A stretch of DNA of 50,091 bases from Paraglomus brasilianum (lineage: Eukaryota): contig CAJVPI010000139.1 of NCBI GenBank assembly GCA_910592345.1, positions 1 through 50,091 of the forward strand, read 5' to 3'. Positions 1 to 13,720 of the stretch are shown here, one piece after another; the first letter of the stretch is position 1, and every line of letters starts with the position of its first letter. The notes beneath the pieces are model-generated. The model was not told the DNA's origin. It did no database searches and saw only the letters and a list, made by a program, of their open reading frames with translations. A program made the position numbers and the translations under genes.

Positions 1-600
1 AAAGTCGCACACAGCTTTAACTAGGCGATTTGATAGCGATCAATTTCGAGGTATCTATCTTTTTGCACCGGACCATATTAACAAATTAAATTTTAAGTTT
101 GCGGTCACTTCACTTTCTGAAAAACATCGATTAACGCATGTTTCATACTAGATAGATGAATGGACAATATGGATAAGAGTATACAGATTCTTGTAACAAG
201 TCATTGTTTTAAGTATGAATCGACGTGGACGAGAAGATGATGAGCGGGCTAATCGAGCAAAGGCATAAAAAGGCAGAGAGGAACGGCGCCCCATGAGTCC
301 AAGATGGATTGAAAATCTTTTGAAGACTTATAATTGCCCGACCAAATCTGTTTGCAGAACTACTAGTAAACGTAGCAAAGGTTTCTTGTGTATCTTAGTC
401 GGACGAAATCATCATTGCGAATACAGAATGCAACAAACTGACATGCAGGCCCTTTTACTTTGGTTGATTAATAACATATGTTTATAGTTATTTTCGACAA
501 AAATTCACAAAAGTATATCATACATGCAGTGCCGAATACAACAACAGCTTCCCGTACATTAGACTTTATAGAGAGACGATTCGACAGCGAATATTTAACA

Positions 601-1311
601 TCATTCGGGAAATTCCAACATTTTTACCTTGGCGGCATAAGTACAGAACTGAAATGGATAAGCATTTAATAATGTGTGCATTAGTACCGATTTTGCAAAA
701 GAAGCTCCATTAACGAGAAATGCAGCCTTTACTTTACCTCATCAAAAAGAATATATCCTCCATGGTTCGTGTCGATCTCATCGAAAGCTGCCTTAAGCAC
801 TTTCTCCGAACGTCCCTTTATCCCCATGAGATCGTGTCCCTTCTTGAACTCGACATAGCTGATGCGTCTGTCGCCATCTATATCAAGTTGTTGAAATTTC
901 TTGTATAGTTCGTGGTAGTAATGGAGAAGGTCGGTGAGACGTCCGAATTCGTTGAAATCGATAAAGCCATCCTAATGAGATGTTCAATAGTTGAGAGATT
1001 TAGAGAGTGAAATGCGACAAATAGAATACGAGTTGGGTGCGTAGCGTACATTTGAAGTGTCAGCAGCTTTGTAAGCTCGCATGATGGCAGGTTTGTCTTT
1101 CGCCAGTTGCGGGTAAAGTTCAATCACCGCCCTGTCAATTTCAGCAAGGGACAAGATACCATTGCCGTTATAGTCAAAGACGTCAAAAACCTACCGCAGT
1201 AATTAAAATTGAAAGTCAGTCCCGAGTATTGAGAAATTGGCAGTTGAAAATCAAAGTGGCTGTTTTGCAAGTTACCTTTTTGACTTGTGCTCTATCAAGT
1301 TTTTGAGTCAT
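601..1311 (-). CDS. 4 EF-hand calcium-binding protein, flagellar calcium-binding protein (calflagin)-like; 4 exons
   Basis: Manual GT-AG splicing gives MTQKLDRAQVKK|VFDVFDYNGNGILSLAEIDRAV...AYKAADTSN|DGFIDFNEF...FQQLDIDGDRRISYVEF...FDEIDTNHGGYILFDE|FCTYAAKVKMLEFPE*. Four EF-hand loops are visible. The calflagin resemblance is from recalled motif similarity. Confidence 0.85.
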
Positions 1312-4300
1312 GTTGTTCGATAATGAGTTTCGATTGATGATAGTTTTCGCCAGAGGGAAGATGAGGTGCATTTAAATTCTTTTTGAATGCTGATGTGGTG
1401 TGACATGAAGTAGTACTCGATCTGCATAACCTGTATTTTTCGAGACAGTTAGGCTATAATCGTACAACACATCTTTGTTGCACTTGCGTATAAACATGAA
1501 ATCACATGTACAAACGTTTTTTCTTTCTCTGACAGAGAATAAAGGAATTCACAAGTACAATACCGACCCGGCCAAAGAGATAAAGACATTCTTTTACAAC
1601 GCAACATTGAGATTATTCTGAATATATTGTATGCGACAGAAAAGAGGACGATGTAATACACATTGTACGCAGCCTACGTAGTACAGATATTCGTACGACC
1701 ATGAACGAAGTGTTCGTAAGATCTCATTTCAATGACATTAGAGTGAACCTATGCAAGAACAGGATATCGGTCATGTTTTAGTCTGTGATGTGTCTTGTGC
1801 CGAGGATTCAACTGGTGCTTATGTCATTGTAAACGAAATAATATCGACATGTCGTCTCCATTAATCAGAATGTTCTTTAATGAAGAATCACAATGCTATG
1901 CGGGGCGTTTTATCAAAGAACAAACGCTATAATCATTGAGCTATCCAAATTTGTTTAGAAGATTTAGTGATGATTGGCTCGTTTATATTGATACTCGTAA
2001 GTGCCGCAGCGTGATCATTCAACACTAAAATGGTTCATGTTTTGGTACATCTTTGGGTAACAATACCGAAACATCAACTTTTCCGTTGCCGCCATCGATC
2101 CTAAGAGTTATTCAGCTGCGAATCAATTAATAATACAGATGCAGGCATTGTCAGTGAATATATTAGCAATGTACATATGGACGTATGAGAATTATTATTA
2201 CTATTCATAGTTGCCAGCATGAAGAGCTTGTCAATGAAACGTCGTTCTCTTGGCGCCGCAAACCTTATTCAGAAAAGTACATTCATTATGGTGTTGTATT
2301 CCAAATACTGCTCTTGTTTAAGTGGTGACCCAGACAAATAACAGAGCGCCAAACAGGTTTACAAGCTGGTAACAATAGTAGTAATCAACAAAGAATTTTG
2401 GTTAATATGCTGTACCTTAGTCTGGGGCCATTGAATTATTTTCGGGATACGTAATATAACCATTTAAGTACATTAATAATACTTTATCTGGACTACGAGG
2501 CTTTCTTGGGGAATATCCGAAGTGAGGATACATTTGCGTAATATGTCAATATACATTTTATTGGTTAGACATTTTGATAAATCCTGACAAAGAGAATTGC
2601 ATTGATATGTGTCTCAATTGAGGGTATGACTGTACTAGACTATATATTACTATTATCAGATTGTGCAAACGATTTTAATATGATTTGGCACGTAACAAAA
2701 TCATCCTAACCTCTCGTAAATCAAAGGGCTATAATAAAAGGGCTTTTGTTCACAGGAATATTTTGCATTGTCCATATAGACAAACGCAAAGATGCCCTGT
2801 TGCCCCTTAAACGCTACGAGAATAATCTAGAAATAGTTACGTAAAAGCGCATTAAATGGTTGAACTGCCTATATTCGAGGTATAAGGCTATATTTTGGTA
2901 ACGTTACACGCTCTTATTCATGATAGGCTTTATTTACAGTAATGGTTTACGGCGTATGCGCGCAATAAATGTTCAAAAACAACAGGGTTTATCTGATATG
3001 TAGTACAGTGTCATTTTCCGTTAAACAAGGTAAATTGTGTTTAATGGCCTTCGATGGCTGGGTCTGATTCTTGTATTCAGTGTGCTAGAAGAAGTAATAA
3101 CAAGTAATTAGTACATTAACCAATATACAAGTTTAATGGTAAAGCATGTTGTATAGTAACGTTGTAATATAGGTGCAAAACTATAACATTCTATAACAAA
3201 TATATGCCAAAATTACTATCATTATATCTTATTCCTCGTGCGGTATGTTAGTGTTGCCACATGTCTTGTCGTTTCATTTATTCTTAAAAGCGAATGTTGT
3301 TGACAACGATAATTGCAACCATACAATTGAAATTATGAGACATTCCTAGAGCAGCGCGGTAAGATAATGTTAAGTGATGTTAAATTTTTGGAGCCACTAA
3401 AGACACAAACGCATAACCGGATACTCCTGACAAAGTATTGACTATTTAGTCGGTGCAGGTATGAGGAAAGAGAATTTGGTGCTCGGCGATAAAGGGGTTT
3501 GTTTATTGTTTATGATTTAATGTTTCAACGTTTGCATGCTTTACCAAAATCGATGAAAAGAGTTATCCATTGATTGAGTGACATATCTACTTATTTTACA
3601 GGTGCAATTATTACTAATATTATAGTATTTAACGCAGATACGCGATGGTTTGCGGAATTGTTGTTTAATCCATTCGATGATATAGTATCATAACAGCATC
3701 AGTGTAAGAGGATGTGCGTCTTCAACATACTAAATTATGCAGAAACAAATAGACTTTAGGGCAGAAGCAACGATAGCCTAGACACGTGGGCAGAGACAGT
3801 CGGCCTAGGACCGGCCTTATCACAATACTTACTACTGATGGTGCGCATGACCAACCACCTGCGAGAATCAGCATGACAGTAATTGGCGATGGATGTTATT
3901 GGTAATCTTCTAGGCCTTTCACTGTTGCCATTGTAAGCAAAGGTGTAACCGTTGATACACCGATTTAGAATTAAATATTGTAAAAAGTAAAATTTAAATG
4001 TGCATAATAATAACCTGTTATAACCGACTCCATTATACGGAAATATTTATAATGTCCAGGAATTACTACAATAACAAAAACTATCAACAAGCGGTTACTC
4101 GCCAGACGTTATATCCAAAATTTTGATTTAATAAATTCGAAAATCACTCAGTGAAGGAAAAGCTGTTGAGCTTCCCAACAAAGTAAAGGGGAAAATGTAA
4201 ACCACGAAATAATAAAGATGAAAAAATTAATGACAATGACAATTGTATCATTAATGATTGTAATAATAGAAAAAGTGAATATTGAATTTGCAGCAGAATG

Positions 4301-5010
4301 GCCAAAGAAATATTTGGGTTATACTCATTGATGGCTTTGCGATACAATCGTATGTGCGGATCGCATTCTATAATGATAAAATTATACTTGCAAAAATAAG
4401 GATTATTGTTACATTATTTTGGCTGGTTGCAATTGTGTCAAAGTAGCGAAATTCAAAGCCAAACACTCATAGACTAAGACTTTTTGTCATGCTTTTTAAC
4501 GAGAATAGATGACGTAGATAACTTGTGCATCTCACTTTGTGTGTTGGTGGGTGTTCAAATTTTCTATTACTATGGCTATGTATATGTACTAATAGTCTGC
4601 ATAAAGTCATCAGAATTCACAAAGTTTATTTTTAACCATTCTTTGCATCAGGTCAACCTCATACAGTGTCTGATTTGTAAATGCAGGTGAGCAGTTTGTG
4701 CATGTGCACACTTTAAAGGTAGCTCTGTGTACGCAAGACGCGCGTATACGGCAGATTATGTCTTTTCATTCATTGAGATTTTATTTGGCACGTCCTACAA
4801 TCGTTGTCTTGGAACCTACTAAATTGTCTAATTATAATGCACAATATGCGTGCTTCTGGCTAGTACACGCCAATAATTATAATATTTGCACTCTATGCAA
4901 CTTACGTTTGTTATCTACGGTAATAAATATAAAAAGTCAGAATCTCGTCAAGAACACATAACGCCTGTTATCAAGAAAACAGGATACAGACATTTCTACG
5001 TCACCTTATT

Positions 5011-6446
5011 TCATTTCTTTTGTTTATTTTTCTGTTTTTCTGTACACTCTTTACAATACCACTTCCCAGGTGGCGGAGCTTTAAGATCTACACAGGCATA
5101 ATGGAACCACTCGATTTCACACTCGTCATCGTCGCAGGCTACCATTTCGCCATAGCTCACTTGTTGACAATAGCAATACGTCGGCTCATTGGGATCTATA
5201 GGCATATCTGTAGTTTGGACGTTATTCCTAAACGTATAGTAACGGTGGTTGCAGGGAATGCATATTATCAGAATGAATAGTTGCATTTAAAATATGGCCG
5301 CTAAAGATTCAATTGACATTGAAATGATCCATACTGTTTGTCTTTTGTCTTTCTTTGTCCCTTGTTACTATCTTTTCGTGCCTTCTTTGGTTTATCGTTG
5401 CGATCTTTATCATGACCGTTACGACCATTGCTCGGTGGTGGAGTACCATTATCTTTATGTTTACGCCCTAATACATTGACGGATCATGTCAGTTTCGATA
5501 ACACTAGCAAGACCAAAAGAAAAGTATAAACTCACTCTTATTATTCGGCTGCTCTTGTGCTGCTAACAGTATAAAAAGTCAGCATAGGATAAAGGTAAGC
5601 AACAAGTTGCGATCAAGATATATTTACTCTGGTGAGTTCGTTTATCGCGTGATTCTTTCTTGTCTTTTTCTTTCTGACCATTTTTTCGTGGTGTTTCAGT
5701 CGTTGAAGTAATAGGTTGCGCCGTTGGAACTATTCTACCCGGTCCTGTCATCTGTTCGTCTTCGAATCTTTGCAAGTCATCGTCTAGTCTTCTTACGTGA
5801 CGATCAACCTGACACAGCGTATATATCCATTTCAATTTGACACCAGAGACGTCGAACAACCATAACAAGCAACTAACTATACATACACAAACGACAGGTA
5901 AACACCGAAAAAGCTCAAACCAGTTACCGTCTTATATGTAGCCTGCGCCATGGCACACTTTTCTTCGGCATCCTTTAGACTTTCCGTTAAACAATCTGAT
6001 AATTTCTTTAATTCGGCTATACGTTCCTCAGGCGCTATATGTTCGGCATTTTCCAGTAGAAAAGCAGCCTGTTTAGCAACGACATTCATCGCCTCTGTTA
6101 CGAAAAACTGATTAGCGGACTTACCGAAGCTTAATGCATGTAAATTTCAGTCAATGTGACCTACCTTCGCAACGAGCATCAAGTTCCCGCATAAGAGAAA
6201 AGTTGCGCTGAAGCTCCGAAGGGAGAGACTCGATCGCTACAGCAAGCAGTAAGAAAAAAACGCTTGAAATAACGGTCAGAATACTGAAATCCCTGGGGAG
6301 CGACGTTAACACTTACTGTCTACATAATCGTCCAGGTATACAAGGTTATCTTTATCGGATCTACTGTCTAGCTTATCCATTTTGCTCCCTCTCTCTGACT
6401 TTTCTGCTTTATTTGAACCATTTGTTGGCATCATTGTAGGTCTCAT
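5011..6446 (-). CDS. ING-family (inhibitor of growth) PHD-finger chromatin protein, multi-exon
   Basis: N-terminal ING motif [27 protein letters not shown], coiled-coil [25 protein letters not shown], and C-terminal [54 protein letters not shown]. The start ATG is uncertain because several are in frame. Confidence 0.92.
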
Positions 6447-6634
6447 TGTGCTTCTTAATATTGGCCTCTTTCTTAACTATTACTACAATTAAAGCGTAAA
6501 AAATCTGGTATTTTATTTATGACGTAAGAAAATTATGTTACACAATGCTTAAAAGCAATCTTTTCTTACACATTCGCAATAGTCGCGTAGGAAGAGAAAG
6601 AGCATTCTCGTTCTTATTCGGCACATAAATAATA

Positions 6635-9156
6635 ATGTAACATGTCTTCCATATGTTCTTGCACCTTTGAAAAGCGTTTGTTTGTAAATTGGTTCAAGGT
6701 AACAACTGTTTGATCTGTTTTATAGGTCTGGTAGCGCTGTTCAACTTATTAATCCCAACTCGGAAGTTGCCCGACGGGGGCAGGCTCTGCAGCTCAATAT
6801 AACAGCAGCGATCGGTTTAAAAGATGTAATCAAGTCAAATCTAGGCCCGAAAGGAACAATAAAAATGTGAGTTGAACTTTCAATCCCGGTGATAGCTTTT
6901 GCTTCTTAGCAGCTTACTATCATAATATATAGATCTTCACATCCTTTTATTTAATTCAATGAATCGGTAGAATTTTACCTGATAGACAGACCTTGACATT
7001 CACTATAAATATGACATTTAATTATCGCTGATTTCATAAGTGCTGGTTCCATTATTGTATTGTGCTGACGGAAATTCCGCAATAAATAGGTTGGTGGATG
7101 GAGCAGGAAATATCAAACTTACCAAGGACGGAAAGGTGCTTTTAAGTGAGATGGTGAGTATCTCGCTGGAATAATAATAGGATTTAATTCCTTAATTAAT
7201 AATTCATTCCGACAGCCTAAAATTAATCAAACAAATATCTCAGCAAATACAAAATCCCACGGCTGCAATGATAGCTCGTGCTGCTACCGCCCAAGATGAG
7301 ATCACTGGAGACGGCACAACGTCTATCGTACTGCTTGTTGGAGAACTAATGAGACAATCGGAGAGATATATATCTGAGGGCCTACATCCTAGAATCATCA
7401 CAGAAGGGTTTGATCTTGCCCGGAAAGAAGCTTTAGCGGTAATATATAGCCTCTTCTTTCTCTGTTCTCCGACCATACACGTTTTCACTATAACATATTA
7501 ATGGGTTTTATTATTATTTTCAACACAGTTTCTTGATAAATTCAAAGTCGAACGACCAATCGACCGCGAATTGTTGATCAACGTTGCTCGTACTTCCCTC
7601 CGTACCAAAGTTCACTCGAGCCTTGCCGATCCGTTAACCGACGCTGTGGTTGATGCTGTGTTGGCTATTAAACATGAAGGAGAGCCGATAGATTTGCACA
7701 TGGTTGAGATTATGAAGATGCAACACAAGACAGCGATAGATTCAAGGTTAATCCGTGGATTAGTGATGGATCATGGAGCGCGTCACCCTGATATGCCCAA
7801 GCGCGTTAAAGATGCATATATTTTGACTTTAAATGTTTCTTTGGAATATGAAAAGAGGTAACACTGGTTGAAATGCTTGAAGGATAAGAAAGAAAACTCG
7901 TATGTGTGTCATACTTGGAACTAAATCTCTGTGTATTAAAACAGTGAGATCAATTCGGGATTTTTTTACTCGTCGGCTGAACAACGGGAAAAACTTGTCG
8001 AATCGGAACGTAAATTTACTGATGAAAAAGTTAAGAAGGTTGTTGAATTGAAGAAACAGGTCGTTGGGGACTCGGGAAAAGGCTTTGTTGTGATTAATCA
8101 GAAAGGAATTGATCCATTGTCTTTGGATATCCTATGTAAAAATGGCATTCTGGCTCTAAGACGTGCCAAGAGAAGAAACATGGAAAGGTAATGATAGACA
8201 TTCCATATAATTATATCAGTAAGGGAACAAATATCAATAAGACATATCCTAACTTTTTTTTTCTTCAACTCGTACCAGATTGCAACTTGTCTGTGGAGGT
8301 GTCGCCCAGAATTCGGTTGATGATCTTACGCCTGATGTGCTTGGCTATGCTGGGCTTGTATACGAGCATGTTCTTGGAGAAGAAAAGTTTACTTTCGTGG
8401 AAGACGTCAAAGACCCTAAATCAGTTACCCTCCTAATAAAAGGTAAGCATATTTCAGTGATCGCGTGTTGCTTCACGCTTGCTAATCAATTGTTGTTTTT
8501 TTTATAAACCTAGGCCCGAATGCTCACACTATTGCTCAGATTAATGATGCTGTTCGTGATGGTCTCCGAGCAGTCAAGAATGCAATAGAAGATGCTTCTG
8601 TAGTTCCTGGCGCGGGTGCATTCCAAGTAGCTCTATCGGCTCACCTAACGAAATATAAAGATAGCGTAAAAGGTCTCGCAAAAATGGGTGTCCAGGCATT
8701 CGGGGATGCAATGTTGATTATTCCCAAGATATTAGCGCAGAACGCTGGACATGAAGCACAAAAAACGATGGTGGCATTGCAGGCAAGAGCATAAGTTACA
8801 CATACAGGCAGAAGCTTTGAGTTTGTTTCGTATTCTTTTCTGACAGGAAATCAACGATTATCTCTCCCACATAGGAAGAGCATGCTGAGGGCCATATTGT
8901 CGGTGTGGATCTGAAGACTGGAGAAACTCTTTATCCTGTTACAGAAGGCATCTGGGATAATTATCGGGTAGTGCGACATATGTTGCATTCATGGTATGTT
9001 AATGGATGTTAATTGTACGGTTCTATGTTGAGCTATTTACTCACTTTTATTTATTTATTATTTATTAGCTCTGTGATAGCCAGTAATTTCTTGCTAGTAG
9101 ATGAAATGATGCGAGCTGGAAGATCAAGTCTAAAGAATGACCATGTTGGCAATTAA
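6635..9156 (+). CDS. CCT6: T-complex protein 1 subunit zeta (chaperonin CCT6), multi-exon
   Basis: Signature motifs [74 protein letters not shown]. The ATG is probably split by an intron (AT 6635-6636, G 6726). One GC-AG intron at 8783-8874. Confidence 0.96.
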
Positions 9157-11624
9157 CTAAAATGAAAGTGTATTATCCACGGCTAATTGAAGTTCTGCGT
9201 TCTTTGTTAGAAATCCCAGCGTATGTCGGACGCAAAACGTGTGTTGCTAACTAATAAAGTATATGTCTTACTATATACAACTTGTGTAATAAATGGTCAC
9301 CATACGAGCCTATTCTTTATGTGTTTTGAGATGCATCAACGCTATTTAGTAGGTGCTCTTTAATTCCACTTGTCTAGTTAAGAGAGGGTCGGCATATTCG
9401 CCAATCAGGTATATCCTTAAAAGGTTATTTCGACCAAATATGGTATATCGACCATTGGATCCATCAAGCCGCTATGTGGGATTACTCCTTTTTACCAAAT
9501 TTGTATTTGCAATTTCCCAATTCGACTGGCTCGATAAACTGGTGAGAACGCAAGTTTCATGTTAATCAGGCCACAGACAAAAGAAAAAAGGAGACACATC
9601 CCCCTTACTATTACCAACATGGAAAGTGGGAAAGAAAAGAACAGTTAGTTTCTGCTTTTGGTAATCATTAATGGATATCAGCCAAATCTGGTATCTCCCC
9701 TTCATTAAATCCATCCCTTTCTCAATTTCCTTTTTCGCATACATGTACTGTGGTTGAGGCATTTGCTAGGTATTAACCAATGAGGTAATACCGAGAGGAA
9801 TCTTCGCGATATCTGAAACCTTTAAAAGATTTCTCAAGCTAATGCAGGAGAGCATACACAATGATTGACGACATACACATGTGCTGTGCCATTGCAACCT
9901 CAAAAATTGATATACTAGTCTCTTTTCATATAATAATTTCCATATACGGTCGAAGCTCGTTGTTGTATATGAAAATCCATATATGACGCCAATCATTTAC
10001 AATATAAACAGTAATGACGTAAACGCCGAGGACATTGTGCAGGCGCTATGCATACGACACACTCTTATCTTTCCACTGTTTACTCATGCTCTCCTTGAAT
10101 CCTTGCCTATTTAGTGAAATTCCGCATTAAGTCTTTAATTGCTGATCATTTGTCTAATAACAATTGATCATTCCTAGTTTATGTGTAAAAAGCTTCTTTA
10201 CGGGAAGAAAGGGCACCATTTTCTGGTAAATCAAGCGTGAAAGAATCTATCGTCTAAGTTACAAATAAAAAAACCCATGAACGCCATTAATAAATACTTT
10301 CTAGAAATCAAACGCTTTTAGGCGAAAAATTCGATGGGCGAAAATGATAAGGGTGTATGCAATAATTGCATAAGGCGTTTTGGAAAAAAAATATAGTTTT
10401 GGCAAATGATCAGATGATCGGTTCATATATGGATTTTCATATGGATTATATGTTTGTAATACTACGGATATCGTACCCCCAGTTATATAGCACGGGTTAC
10501 ATACTAACATGTATGATTTGTAATATGTGAAACTGAAACCTTTACAATTACAATGGTATATTGAACATAATTGTGCATTATTCTCTATTGATACAGTTAA
10601 TTTTGTTTATAAGGATCTAGACTGATGATGCTTATAATAACAATAACCACCTGTGCTTTATATATATTCTCAAATAATAAATGCTGCATATAGGGACCGC
10701 TAGTTATAACGACCGATTTGCTTTGCCCGAGGTGCTGTATGTAAGTTATCCTATATAGCCACCATCAAATAAGTCAATAGCACAAATTAGCTCGAAGAGT
10801 AAAATTTAATGACAAAAATAAGAAGATTTAATGTTGTGGCAGTTTGTTGATGAATGGTCACAAAAGCTGCAATACCTATATATATACATATTAAAAACAG
10901 AGATTTGAGAAGAAAAAGTCGCTTGAATTGTCTTTTAGAAAAAATATGCAAGCTTACTATTACATTTTGATTATGTAAGAAGTTTATCAAGCACTCATTA
11001 CTGGAAACGGATTTCTGTGCCCTGCATGTTTGAATGTTTGAAAGTTTCCCATTCGGGATGTTGCAGGGGAAAAAACAAATAAACATTTATAGTTTATCGA
11101 GCTAATCACTAACGTTATTTATGCAATGATTTGTTTTTTATCATACAGCTCAAAAATAGGTAAATAGAATGACCGTATCTGATTTTCAAAATGAGATCAG
11201 CTCGATGAACTGGTGAGAACACATAGGAATAAAGCGTTAGAGGTGGAAAAAAAGTACAACTATTGACGTATTGTATTCCACCTTCGGATATTTCACATTC
11301 CTTATAGAAGGCTTGCAAATTAATCCGAAATAGGCAGATAATATCATGACAGTATGTTTATTACTGTTATGGTCGGTTCGAAAGCTTGTGTCATATTACA
11401 CGAAAATGCATCTTCCCATAATAATCAAATTTTTCCCATCAATAAGGCTAACTGGTATCAAATGATGTGCTTGTTACGATTGCACTACTTTTAGTAACGT
11501 CATAATCTGTACGTTTTTGTCAAATTTTTCAATCCCGTTTAATTTTTGTGTAGCCTTATTGAGAGATATAAACTTCGTGAAAATAATGACCCAATTTCCT
11601 CTCAAGCTTCTCGACACTATCACT

Positions 11625-13543
11625 ATGTCTGGTGTATATTTCAAAATCAAAAAACACTGCTACATTCTCCGTCAACCGAACAAAAGAACAGTCATAGAAA
11701 AACCAACGTCAGAACAGATACTGAAAATACTGGGGGATTGTGTCCTTAAAAATAGTTCGCATGACCCTTGGAAAGTCTTCAAAAAACTAATGATGCAGTT
11801 TCTTGAAGAAAGCGCGTTGAAACAATTATGGCGTAACCAAGAAATCAAAGCTGAATTCAGGGGTCTTGTGGAAGATGCTTCAAAAAAGGGGGGGATCCGT
11901 ATTGTATTTGACAAACTATGTCAAAATAATCCCGGTAAGCGTGAGTTACAAGTATCTGCGTTTTAGCCTACTCTGGATTCATGTTGATTAACGTAAATCT
12001 CCGTTTCTCAACAAGTAGCCCTAGTAGCCCCCTCTCAAGTTACTTCCGAGCAGGGTAATAATACTCATATTAATATCACGTGTTTGGTGGTACGGATTTG
12101 TTAATGACAATCTTCCCAATATCTAAGACGCAAGTGACGAATGGGATTCTAATCCTATGTCTGGAGATGACAGAGGTAATTATAATAGTAAGGCATTTGT
12201 CACTTTTTAATTTATAAAGACATATAAATTCTTCCTATTAATAAGGCAACCGCCAAGAATTCGGCACCATGCCCGAAGCTTTGCTTGCCGAACAGAACAC
12301 GGGTAAGTTTAATTTTTAATTCATATCAAACGTTTAGAAATATCGATTAATTAAAATTTCCATTTCTCAACAAGTAACCCAAGTAGCCCACCCGCAAGTT
12401 ACTTCCGAACATATGGGTAAGTTGATGTTAGCCCATGTAATTGGTACGGATTTGTTAATGGCAATCTTCCCAATATCTAAGACGCAAGTGACGAATGGCA
12501 TTCTAATCCTATGTCTGGAGATGTCAGAGGTAATTATAATAGTAAGGCATTTGTCACTTTTCAATTCATAAAGATATATAAATTCTTCCTATTAATAAGG
12601 CAACCGCCACGAATTTGGCACCATGCCCGAAGTTTACTTGTCTGCCGGACAGAATACGGGTAAGAGCTTAGTTTTTTAACAGACTTGAGTTCATATCATG
12701 TGTTAGGCATATTAATTAAAGTAAATCTCCATTACTCAACAAGTAGCCCAAGCTTGCCATCAATTTACATCCGAACAGAATATTAATATTGGTAAGACTT
12801 TTAAATTGATGTTCAGCTCATCTCACATATTTAATGGTACGGATTTGTTAATGTCTAAGACGGAGGTGACGAACGGCTTGTGTCCATGGGTAATTATAAT
12901 AATAATAGTAACGCATCGCACTTTTCAGTTTGTATAAAGATAAATTACTAATGTAAAATTTTCTTGTTCATAAGACGCAAATGGCATGAGGTTCTATAAT
13001 TACGGCGGTGCATTTAACGAAGTCGTTCCTGACATGGGTAAGGGATTAGTTTTTTAGCAGACTTCAAATGTTTAGGCATATTGATTAAAATAATCCCCAT
13101 TACTCAACAAGTAGCCCAAGCTTGCCATCAATTTACATCCGAACAGAATAATAATACAGGTAAGACTTTTAAATTAATGTTCAGCTCATATCACATATTT
13201 AATGGTACGGATTTGTTAATGTCTAAGACGTAGGTGACGAATGGCTTGTGCCCATGGGTAATATAATAGTAATAGTAACGCATTGCACTTTTCAGTTTGT
13301 ATAAAGATAAATTACTAATGTAAAATTTTCTTATTCAGAAGACGCAAATGACATGGGGTTCTATTATAACGGTGATACATTTCACGAAGTTGGCTCGTCT
13401 GTGCCTGCCGAACAGAATACGGGTAAGAGTTGAGTTTTTAGCAGAATTGTGTTTATATCAAATGTTTAGGGATATTGATTAAAGTAATAAATCAACAAGT
13501 AGCCCAAGCTCGCAATCATCAATTTACATTCGAACAGGACTAA
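11625..13543 (+). CDS. Micro-exon array gene, paralog A: diverged HMG-box-like N-terminal domain plus acidic repeat tail
   Basis: Exon 1 11625-11934, then exons 12016-12054, 12128-12175, 12246-12302, 12375-12416, 12482-12529, 12600-12659, 12744-12791, 12860-12889, 12975-13037, 13112-13159, 13228-13257, 13342-13422 and 13500-TAA 13543. All 12 internal exons are 3n, phase 1, stop-free and bounded by AG/GTAA. Confidence 0.75.
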
Positions 13544-13720
13544 TATGGGTAAATTTTAGGTTATGTTCAACTCATATCACTTGTTTAAAAGTATGTTAAT
13601 ACAATTTTTCCCATTGCCTAAGATGTAGATGACGAATGGCAATCTGGTAACTATAACAGTAAAGCGTTTGCAACTTTCAGTTCATTTTATTAATGTAAAT
13701 TTTTTCTATAAGCCAAATTA
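12000..13720 (+). repeat. Tandem array of about 5 degenerate units (~350-400 bp), each containing three intron+micro-exon pairs
   Basis: Recurring anchors tcaacaagta(g/a)ccc (~12008, 12367, 12736, 13104, 13492), ctaaga...gacga(a/c) and taag(g/a)c...gggtaag. Confidence 0.9.

Noticed and set aside
1400..4900. Possible decayed transposon fragments (e.g. YIDILRK on - near 2540; LVLGDKG near 3480)
   Set aside because: Motifs are too short and no continuous frame or termini can be supported.
11517..11624. N-terminal extension of the 149-aa ORF (and likewise 29134-29178)
   Set aside because: These begin at non-ATG codons in the ORF track. Paralog alignment places the starts at ATG TCT (11625, 24747, 29179).
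12000..13720. CRISPR-like or satellite interpretation of the tandem repeats
   Set aside because: Units are ~350-400 bp, degenerate, lack unique spacers and cas genes, and resolve into GT-AG introns with in-frame exons in a eukaryotic context.
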